A stretch of DNA of 64,000 nt. Source: Utricularia gibba (Eukaryota > Plantae > Magnoliophyta). The translations under genes were made by a program, and so were the position numbers. Positions 38,284 to 49,400 of the stretch are shown here, piece by piece (within the stretch, counting starts at the first letter, position 1; each line of letters opens with the position of its first letter). The stretch covers positions 930,001 to 994,000 of the forward strand of contig NEEC01000014.1 in assembly GCA_002189035.1 (NCBI GenBank), given 5' to 3'. The notes below the pieces were generated by a model. It saw only the letters and a list, made by a program, of their open reading frames with translations, made no database searches and was not told the DNA's origin.

Positions 38284-40143
38284 TTAGTCTGCTGCAATTG
38301 GGAAGGCTGATCCCAATCTGTTTCCGAATCGGTAGCACTTGATGTTGACGCAGTAGGGGCCGAGTTCAAGGTAGTTGTCTTCCCCTCCCAGGTAGAAGCA
38401 GAGAGTGTACATGGCTATTTCGAACTCGGGGCTTACTCCAACGAGGGTGCTTGATACGGACTTGAGGACTCCGTTCCATCTGAACTGGACGGTCAGCAGC
38501 TGCGACTCTGAGTCCGGCTGCCAGAGATTGGACATTGGTTATGGAGGAAAACAGCAGAAGCTCTACAACATGAATCATATAGTTCATCATCCTTTCTACT
38601 TGGATCGTTTTAGTTTTCCACTCCTTGTGAATTATGAAGGATCAGGAAAAAAATGTTACCAGTTGGCGTTGCCTTCTGGGAAAAATGTAGCCTTGATAAT
38701 CCACTCTTCCTTTCGCCTCTTCAAGATAAAACTGTGAACAAAAAAGAATTAAACTTTCATACCATGATGTGAAAATAAAATTTGCTGATGAGGAAATGAA
38801 ATGAAGCTAGGACCTGAATCCAGTTATGAAAGCCTGTGACTTCTTGTTCTTCCCTTTGTTTGATTTCTCCAACAAACACATGTTCAAAAGCAGAAGAAGA
38901 ATGAGACGTACCACCACGGCCATAAAGATCGAACCAAAGGCTCATCAGCATGTTCTTAAAATCTCGAAAATTCTCAGGAGCTACACCCTTGGCCAGTAGA
39001 TACTTGTGGAGGTAGAGAATTGGTGCGGTTCTACTAATCTCTTCTATAAATGCTTCTTGTTCTTGCCTTTCTTCGCATGTCACGTTTTCTTTGTACCCTT
39101 CATGAGGATTATAATTGTCAAGAAGGGAGCAAAAACGGGAATAGGTCGGCCTCACGAGCACTTCTTCGCTCAGCCACGAAAAAAGGCTCCCTTGTGCCAT
39201 GTCTCCTGTTTGGTAAACCTTCTTCCCTTCACCGCAATCAATTTCATAATCTTTTCCAGGTGATAAACGGTTTAGATCGAGTTCCCATAATCTGTTCAAT
39301 GCCTTCAACAGATCTGCTAACTCGTCTTCTGAGGGTTCAATGTCGATGCCAGTTTCGATGCCACATGAGTAGTTTTGCTCATCAACAGGACGCTTGTACT
39401 GATCCCACTTGTGCTTATTCACCTAAAGCAGCATAGAGTTCAGTCATCTGAACATTCAAACTCAAAAGCAATGATAAAGCTAACAGATGAAAAGTGCAAG
39501 AGGCAGTCGATGGTAAGCAATGTAATGATTCTCAACCTTATGAGGCTTATGTGTAGCTGTTTCCCAGCCATCATTTTTTGTGTCATCATCCTCCTATCAC
39601 AACGAAAAACGAAATTCAGAACCCAGGGAATGTGAACCCATCATCACTCAAAAAGCATCAGTAATCATGATAAGTTTTTACACTTATAACTACCCAAAAA
39701 ACTGATCTTTCTTATCTCATCTGCAGCAACAGCAAAAGGGAACGGGCAAGGATACTCAGAATCTTCTCCTATTGCAGAAGATTCTGATCCTCAAAGTTCA
39801 CTATTGAGAAAGAACAATAGACCACCCTACACAAAATCACTTGCCACAAAGAATCTAAAAATCCACAGGAAAAGAGGATCTGATTCATGCCTTTATTCTG
39901 GTTCCATGAGAAATCTGGGAATCATGACGGGTCTCCGTATCCGCCGACACCACCTGCAACAAAGTTCAAAAAATCTGGAACAATCAATCACTGAAGTACC
40001 AAAATACTTGTGTTTGAGTAACCCAGAACCTCCGCCCACGTAGATCTGGATCGATGGTCGTCGCTATGACGTCGATCATCAGCATCGCCACCGCGAATGT
40101 GATCCAGAGCTACATTCACCAGTCCCTTCACCAGATCATCCAT
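38284..40143 (-). CDS. ENDOU: Poly(U)-specific endoribonuclease (EndoU/XendoU family), 6 exons
   Basis: MDDLVKGLVNVAL..RSRSTWAE | VVS.. | ..NDGWET.. | ..LWELDLNRL..SSSAFEHVFVGEIK..VTGFHNWIQ | FYLEEAKGRVDYQGYIFPRR | PDSESQLLTVQFRWNGVLKSVSSTLVGVSPEFE..LGSAFPIAAD-stop. Both catalytic His motifs are present. Confidence 0.93.
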
Positions 40144-40405
40144 ATCGCGCCCAACTGCTACTAACAACTAAACCGAGAGAAACAAAAAGAAACAACTGAT
40201 ACAAAAATCAACCCTTGTCGACATTGCGATAAGGCAATTAAAATAAATCAGAAAAAAAAACGCCCAGTTTCATTGTGTTTGACTTTTCTGGCCTTCTTTG
40301 TATACAGTTTCTTGATGGCGTTGACGGTTACAGATTTTATTCCATGTACAAAAACAGAGTGCTCTGTTGACGGTTACAGGGAAGGGTCTTTCTGGTTGGA
40401 GCTGC

Positions 40406-43400
40406 TCACCGGAGACTGTCGACGATTCTTTTCGGCAGCCAATCGGATTCTTGTCGAGTTACTCGCAGAGCCACCAATGGAAGAGCATCACTGTTCGTTT
40501 GATAAACGTGGCACGACCAAGGGTAGGATTCAGGTGCGGTCCACATCTTCTGCTCCTCGAAGGTTGTTTCTTCAACAACAGATTCCGCAACGCAGTACAC
40601 GGTGTCCTTCTCCGGCTCTTCGAAGCCCGCCACGGCGACACATCCGAGCGAGACGTATCCCCGAGGAGCGCGGGGAAGCCATATGGACACCGGCGTCTTG
40701 TAGTCGTCTAAGCAGTTTCTCCAGACCTGAAAAGCATCATAACATTTAACAAGGCAGCACGAAAGAAGAAGCATGTGAATGATTCAGTGTGTTACCAGGT
40801 CATAGCTAATTGGCAAGGCGAAGATTTCGTCTGATAGGCGATAAACAGATGCGACATTTGGAGGATGGTTGCTAGCGCGAGCTATATCGCCGATGATAAC
40901 ATACCTGAAAGGCAGTGTACACATATGAGTACGAGGAAGACAATCTCCATTTCCAGGTGCTTGTTTGGAGAAAGAACGCCTCAGAGAAGTAAAGGAACAC
41001 ATCTCTTGATATAACAAAAAGGTGAAAAGGATGAGATACAAGATCTTACCCATCAGGGCAAACAGGTCGCCAAATGCTACAATATTCGTTGTTGTCCACG
41101 CTCTGCATACAAAAGACTGATGAAAAACCAAATCTTGGTAGCTGATCAAGGTAAAGTGTACGTGCCTGCTTTCTGCATAAGCTGCACCGGCTTTTTGTTT
41201 CTCGTTCACTGCTCCAGATTTTTGAGAAGTTGATGCAGTGTTCAGTGAATCTATGGTCAACAGAAGCAGATCCCGAGGAAGAAGGTCCTCTAGACCGCAC
41301 AATGGGTCCAAGGTATTTATGGTGATCCTTTGAATCATGCCGTCTTTTTCTCAAAGGATCCTGCAGGAATGTTGAAAAATCAATGTGACAAAACAACAGG
41401 CGCACGGCCAAAAGGGTGCAGTAACCTGGTGATCATCATCAAAATACCTGATGTCTCTCATGCTGATGTGCCTTCCAGGCCCTCCGCACAACAGCACGGA
41501 TTCTTAAGACCTGTGGCTCTGTTTCGTCTGGTGATTGCTCTGTATTGCACTTCAAAACCCGAACAAAGCTCTCACCTCTCTTGAAGCTTTTCAAATGGAT
41601 AATCAAATGACATGGGATGGCGTATCCAGCTTTGGCCGACTCCAGTGCCATAACCTCTTCCCATGGCACATCCCACATTATCTTGCAAGGTTTTTTGTCC
41701 ATCTGATGTGGGGCTACAATCTGTTTGTAAGGAAACCATTGAGAAAATAAGAGTCAAATATATTACGCAACAGAAGCCATTGGTGAAGAAAAAGTGATAA
41801 ATCCTACAGATGATTTACCTGCAAAAGCATCACTCGCTTGTTTGTGACTAAAACAATACGCTGATAAGGTACCATGAAGTGCTCCTCATAACAGTCTGAC
41901 CAAGCATATTTTGAAGGCTCCTTGAAAATGTCGGTACAACCAAAGTTTCGGCTTGTTTCAGCCAGGTACAATATCATCTGAAGATGGAAAAAAGACCAAT
42001 TTATTCAGTCACTAAAGGATTTCAGAGAAATGGCTTCTGCAATTTATATATAACAATAACACTAAACAAAAACAACCAAGCGACACAATAAGCAATGGCT
42101 ACCACTGGTTCACAAATTCAGAATTTGGGAAAAATGTGAGGCTAATAAATAGTGTAATGACAAATTTACCTGACCAAGTGCTTCTCTCTCTGAGTACTCC
42201 CTCAGTTTATTGTCAGCACGAAATGCCTTGGTATTCTTATACGATCAACCATTTTCTTATTACTGAGAACTTCTAGGCACCTCGTGCAACTTGCACCAAT
42301 ACCATCCACTGTCAGAGAGAAAAAGTCTAAAGCCCCGCTCATTGGCTGTACGAAAAATCCCAAAAAAGCTTGCCCAATTCCATGGGCAAGACCAAGAAGG
42401 CCATTTTCCCGAGCACTCTCAATAGGTTTCCTTACAACCCCAGAAACTCCAAAGGCGACACCTTGTGCTAGAGCTTCGGTTCCTTGAACAATTCCATCAC
42501 CAACACCTGTGATTCGTCTGGACCACACCTGCCCCACTACAGCGTCATTTTAAATTCGCTGTATGAGCACAAGGATAATAAAGTCTTACTTGTTTCGAAC
42601 GAAGATGAAGAAATTGTCCATCAGTGGAAAGCTGTGCAAAACCTTTGCTCAGAGAGGCTAAAGTGGAGCTTGTCATACCAAGCACATCAACGGAAGAAAT
42701 TAAATGCAAGGGGTTATGTATCAAGTCTCTCCAGATGCGGTTTCCAATTGCAGAAATCACAGAGCTCTTTCTGAGAAATCTGTCTTTGTGAGTTATTTTC
42801 CGGAGGTGAACCTGGTATGTAGGAATTAACTTAAACCTGGATGCTAATCTCCGAAAACAAAAAACTCAACAGCATAAGAATGAACTAGATATTCCATACA
42901 TAAGCAAGTAAATTTTACAAACCTGGAACTTAAATGCATTTCCAACTGCTGAAAGAACAGGACCCCACACACCAAGAAGCCCACGCGGTCGTAGAGCTGG
43001 TTCTGCCTCCAAAGAGACTTTGAATTTTACAGCGGAGAGGTCAATCAGGCTGACATAGTAGATTAGAATAATTAATACACTGACAAATGCCTTTTCTCCA
43101 TATATGCAAGAATAACGACAGAGCGACTATCTTGCAGATACATCAGCTAAAATGGAAAACAACTTATCCTAAAATGCATACATCCAGAAATTCTGCAACT
43201 ATCAGTACTGATGGGACCAGAAATAAAAAAGCGCCAAAAAAACAGCATTCAGGCATACATAACTGTTAACATGGAAAGTGGAATTTCATAATGGTATAAA
43301 ATTATAGATCTTCAGATGATGTTTTTCTAGGAAAATGCGAGAGAAAGAGGATCAGGAATTTAATATTAAGTCATCAAATACTCACTCCACTCGCATTTCA

Positions 43401-46400
43401 GGATCAACTTGAGTGACACTAGTATTTTGAGGAATGCGATCTAACTGAAGGTTATTGTAGAAGTCTACCAAAGCCCATATCACTGGCTCATGGATGTTAA
43501 GCCTCCAAACAGTATCAGTCACCTACAAATTGGAAAAAGAACAACGATGACATTCTCCTGCATGTCAAAAAGTGCAAAAACTGAGTTTTTTTTTTTTTTT
43601 TATGGCACAACCTTTATGTAAACATATGGGTAGATCTCTAGACCATCAGGGCTGTCGTTTCGTGCAGTTATGGTCATCTTGAACACTGAATTATTCACAT
43701 CTGGAACATGTTCAGGTGCAAGAAGCACAGGCATGACCGAAAGAGGAAGCTGATTATCCAGTTGCAAGTAACCAAGTATAAGTTTGAACCTGGAAAACCA
43801 GAATTTGCAGAGATATTATACACTCAATTTATCATGCAGTGAAGCATGAATGGAAGTACGAAAATGAATATTTATCAATAAAATGAAAAGAGCCAAAGGC
43901 TCTGCACGAAACTGAAACAAGTGGGCAGTGAGCATGCTGGCCCATAGACTATATACCGCTGAGCTAGCATTGGATTTTGGAAACTCATATGTGACTTGCT
44001 GCAACAAAAAAATATGCAAAAAAAAAAAAAAAAAAAAAAAAAAAACGAGTGTTGCATTAAAGGATATGTGATGAGATACCGAACCTGCTTGTTGTTCCCC
44101 CGTCATAGCCTGTTGAATAGGATATCAAGAATTTTTCCATGTACAAGTAGGAAACCTCTCGTGGTCTCTGATCCACAACAGATATGCCAACACTGCCCAG
44201 TTCAAATGTCACTTCGAGAGGAGACCCTTGCTCTGGAAAATTAGCCTGGGGATTTGAAGTTCTCGAGTTTCTAAGGATCAGTGGATACTGACTTACTTCT
44301 TCCCTGGAATATGCAGATGTATCTAAGAACCTAACAACCTTGAGGCCACCTACGTCAACAACATGGAGAGACAAGCCTGGGTAACTATCTACTGCAAAGA
44401 GCCCAGACTTATCCAAATCAAAATTGCACATTCTATTATAGGTGCCAGTATCAATCTCAGCATCGATAGTTTTTTGTCCATACGGATTCTCCCAGGAAAA
44501 GTTCTTCGTTGAAAGTGGAAGTAACTGAATCCACGAATCATCACCAAATCCAGATTGCCGAAATCTAATTTTATTATTTTTTGCCCTATTTTCAATCCTG
44601 AAAAAACAACAAAAGAAACTCAGCATCTTTTCAAACCAGCTTCTATAAATTATATAGGGTCTCTAAGAAAATGAGCATGGAGGGAAAAATGAGATTGGAG
44701 AACACCAAATATCCTACCATGCGGCACAAAGAAAGTAGGTTCACAACTAGTGCTCTCATGAAACAAACCTACCATCCTCACCCTAAAAGGCTGCAACAGA
44801 ATCCATTAGACTAGCGTAGTGAACACTTAAAAAATTCTTACCTAACAGGCCCCCTGGATGATCCAAGACGAAAAACAACTGTAAAGCGAGATCCCTCTTC
44901 ATAACCTCGAATTTCAGTACGTAAGAATCTCTGTGTACCATCATGTTCTCTCAAACTTAATATGATTGTATCCTCCTTCAGTATCTGAATTGGAAATGAC
45001 CAGTCTGTATCTAGCATCCGTACCTGTTGTAATCAATTAATGAAATCACTGTACGTAAACAATACTGCAAACATGAACGTCCATTAAAAATTATCATTAT
45101 CATGTGTAATGCCACAGTTCCAGCATTCAAGGTTTGAATATAAACTATGTGGCAAAATACTACACAAACATCAAGACCCACCTGAATATGATTAGGTTCA
45201 CCTGTTCCACGATGCACGAAGGACACTCTTGTGTCAAAAACCTGCAAACTCTTTGGTTCATCCCCGATCCCAAACATGATCAACATTCTCTGGCCAGCTC
45301 TATTTGTAAATGTCATGAATGGTCGAATGGAGATAATCTAACAGTTGCAACATATGTTAGATGCAGAAAAAGAAAACTGAATTTGGCTCCAGAATGATAA
45401 CATCACGCAGAATACAGGTACCTTTGTTGGGATAGATTGATAGGGACAAGGTTTTGAAGACACAAAGAGCTGCATGTAATTTCCTTCGGAATCATGAGCA
45501 TAAAGATCCAAAGAGCCATCCTAGAAAATGAGCGAAATGATGGCATAAACCATGTAGGAAAACGTTGGTTCCATTAAAATGTTCATAGTATTCCTAGACT
45601 GTACTAACTAATGATGTCAACGGAAATAGTCTTGGTCCTTCAAGAAATGAATTCTAAACATGTATAGCAAATGACAAAACTCATGTTATTTACCATGTCA
45701 CCAAGTGAAGAAAGGTCCGTCACTGGACCAAATTCTTTTCCTCCAGATTGCTCTATGGAAGCAGAGATACCCAGTGATTTGAAATTCAGCGCTGAAACAA
45801 CTGTACAGTTTTCATGCATCTCCTCCTCAGTGATTTCTTCATGGATATTTTCTTTGAGCCTCCTGGTCTTATAAGACAATGGATTCTTCTTCAACTTCTG
45901 AGCCCCAAAATCAATAAACCTAAGACTAAGAGGTGGACATCTTGCAATTGAAACCCAATAAGGTGAATATATTTTGATACTTAGGGGCTCCAGAGGCTTC
46001 CCTATGATGTGGTTATGTTCAACAATAATTTGCACGATCCTGCTTGCCATAAGTATCAAGCTGTCAAAATTGAAAACTAGAAAAGCAAGCTCGACCCAGA
46101 GTATTAAAACACAAACCTTCCAGAGACTGAGCTCCTTAAGCTGATTGTGTTTGATGTCATGTTGGAAGGATGAGACAGCAATACAGCTTCCTAGAAATAA
46201 CATCAAAACATAAAGACAAATTGATTAACTTAATAAGTAATCATTGCTTGAAAAGGGACTTCTGAAACTAACATGTACGGGTAGCCATCCTCCTTGAGAC
46301 AGCAGGGAGATGTATATAGGCTTTCTAATGTCAGAATTGTACACCTTTACACTCTCTCCAGGACCAAACACACCCCTGTAACAGCAAAGAAAACGCCCAC

Positions 46401-49400
46401 TATCCTGGATACCAAGGAGTGAAATTTCAGCCGCAAGAGGAAGATAGTTGGCAACTGATATAGGTGACCTGACAGAAATTGTCCAATCAAGTATTGGATT
46501 GGAGTGCACATCTTTGTAGATTTCAGTTCCTTGTACGTCCAAAAAAAACCATAAATCCTGTGAGCTACTAGATGAGCTCCCAGTCGTTTTGGAGCAACAT
46601 AAGAGATACACAGATTCTCTCAGACAGGAGACATAAACATCTGAAATTCCCTTTGACCCCTCCAACTCCTGAGAATGGTTAGTAGTATCCATAATGGAAC
46701 TCCATGCATACTCATTATTTTTTCCAACTTCCAAATTTGAAGGCCTTATATGGATCACATATAAGGAGGACTGGGAAAGGTAAGGCAAAGGAAGAGGAAC
46801 AGTTTCACCGGGATTTAGGGGTCCAATTATCAGAGGATCAACACCATGAAGTGCAACCTTCTTTTCCTTGGCATTTAATGCTTGTGTATCCGCACCTGCA
46901 CTCTTATGTTTGAGACATATTTCAATTGTACGGTCAGTGCTATTAAGAACAGATACTAGAGATCTGATATTGATATATCTATTCCCATCTATTACAGACA
47001 CCTCACTAGCAACAAAATCATTGCCCAATTTCCAACAGGCAGCAGGTGCACTATAATTTAATCTCAGCGTGGTCCATGGCCCCTGTCTGATTGGACTAAT
47101 TTGTATTAAACCAGTTCTTTTCAATCCATTAACAGATTCATCAACGTCTCCTGTAAAAGTCTTAGGAGGCAGGAGCACACGACATCTGATTCTACCACAT
47201 TTTGTACAATTTCCATCAACCTGCATTACAATGTAAAGCTAGAGCATCAAATAAAATGAGATTTGTTGTATTCAGTTTCAACAAGCAATGAATACTTTTT
47301 TTTTTCTAAATATGCTGCAGTTAACAATTAGTGCTGTTAAGGAATGGAATGGGAGCAGAGTGACTGATTAAATAAAAAAAAAAGACACAATAATGATCTG
47401 ATAAAATTCCTTGAAGTAAAAAAAAAAGACCAAAAAGGGAAGTGATGTAAAAGTCATAAAAAAACCTTAGATTCGCCATCTGTCAGCTCTAGCCACTTAA
47501 ATTCAGAAGTTTGGTCATCAAAAGTACTGTCCTGAGGAGCAACCAGGTTCATCAAAGAAGACGTACAGCTGCCCAGAGATTCACCTGAAAAATAACACGA
47601 GTAAATCTTATGAGAATCATGGCACTGTGAAATGGTATATCTAGAAAATTGGATTGCGTTTTTAATACAGATTAGACAACAAAGGAAACTGATATCCCTG
47701 TTGCACTTCCTATCAGGACATGGCCCATTCTGTTTAGGTGCAGTTTAGACTTCTAATTGGAAATGGTTCATTCTGTTTGGTTACAGTCAAAAAAGAAACA
47801 CATGCAAGTATGGATATACTATTTAGCAACTTGTAGCATGATTTCAAAATGCAGCTGAAATACCTCTCTCTGTGTCACTAAGTGTGAGCTCCAGCATACA
47901 GTTATCCTGATAAATAGAAAATTAACAGAAGCATGATGGGGGTGAATATCATAGGCTCAATGAGAATTCCAAGATCCATTCAGCATGCCATGAAAATTTT
48001 CGCAATATGAACAGTACTAAGAAAGATAGCTTGAGCTTGAAAGTACATGAAACTACATCATAGGAGTATATCTTATCATATCATAACAAAAAAATAACAG
48101 AGCAATGACAAAAAAAGCGATTCAAATAAGAACTGACCATTGAATTAACTCTGAAAAAAAACACTTCATTCCACATAATATATCCTACATCAGAAGACTC
48201 ACGGACACCTCGCTCAACCCCCCTAGTCCGTGCTCTTTGTTGACCAATTTGTGTTTGTATTGGGTGGTTATGATTTTCTAGAAGGCGCAACTGAACACTG
48301 TACTGATGAGAACACAGCCCCCCATTCTTCATAATCTGAGAATTCAACCATAAGATACAAATGCAGGATAAAAAAATAGTAAGATTCATGAACATGATCT
48401 GTTGTTTTATTTTCCATTTTAAATGTATGCAATCAAAGAACTGGTTATCACATCATCAACCTTATTAAAACATCAGTCATTCTCACCATTAGTTACATCT
48501 ATTAAGACGTTGAAGGAAATATTTTCAGCCATTTTCACACTAGAACAAAGAGCAAGGATTAAAAAAAAAAAACAATTAAAAACAATCGGAGAAAATGGAA
48601 AAACAAACCTCAGCATCAGCTACAATGACGGTCAACATAATTCGGTGTTTTGTACAAAGAGACCTTTTCAGATGAGAATCAGTCATGTTCCTCGAAAATG
48701 GAACTTTCAGTGCCTTTTTATCTCCAGGAGGCATTGCAATAGTCTGTGCAAAATCACTTACTCCAGAGGTCCGGACAAATATTTCCATCCCGAGCTTATT
48801 CTGAGGGATAATGTAATAGTTCTGCTTCTGGTGTACATGAGTTATAGATGTGCTATCATGAGCAGTCGGAGAATTCACCACTGGAAGAACCTAGACAAGA
48901 GTGTCCATGGTCAACAAGAAGTTGTAATCTTTGAAATCTTTCTCCATCATCAAGAAGTGAACTAGAAAGTATTAAATTTTACAATTCAAAGCATGGTACA
49001 CATACCTGGGTATTGCTAAGTTTATTCCAGCTCCTATATGCTTGTAAAACCATATTGACATTAGAAACAGAGACATTCATATTAAGATCTTTAGAAGTAG
49101 TTCGTATTTGAGAAGCTGCACCAGGGGCATTCGGATTATATTGATACCTATACAGAGAAAAAATAATGGAAAAGATAAATGATTGAAAAATACTGAGAAA
49201 GAAATTATTATCAAACTGCGAGTTTAATTCCACCAAGGCAGATTAACGAAAGCATGTGCTCAAAACTTGTTCTTCAGGCCTTGAGCAGGTTAGTGTTGAA
49301 ATACAGAATTAGTAACAAGTTCCTCGAGCTTATTCAAAGAAATTATGAGAAATTTCGTCCACACACGCAAACTTTTTTTTCTGGAATTTAATCTTTTTGA

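Noticed and set aside
39740-39775. GTATCCTT (U12-like donor) after an AG-bounded 13-nt stretch inside EndoU intron 2
   Set aside because: No U12 branch sequence near the downstream acceptor, the micro-exon would shift the frame, and the gene is complete without it.
44060-44068. ATATCCTTT (AT-AC U12 donor consensus) on the minus strand in VPS13
   Set aside because: It lies just inside an intron already defined by AG|GTTCGG and TTCCAG|, which join TTSR|FKLILG in frame.
48423-48965. 180-aa plus-strand ORF
   Set aside because: It is antisense to a VPS13 exon and flanking introns.
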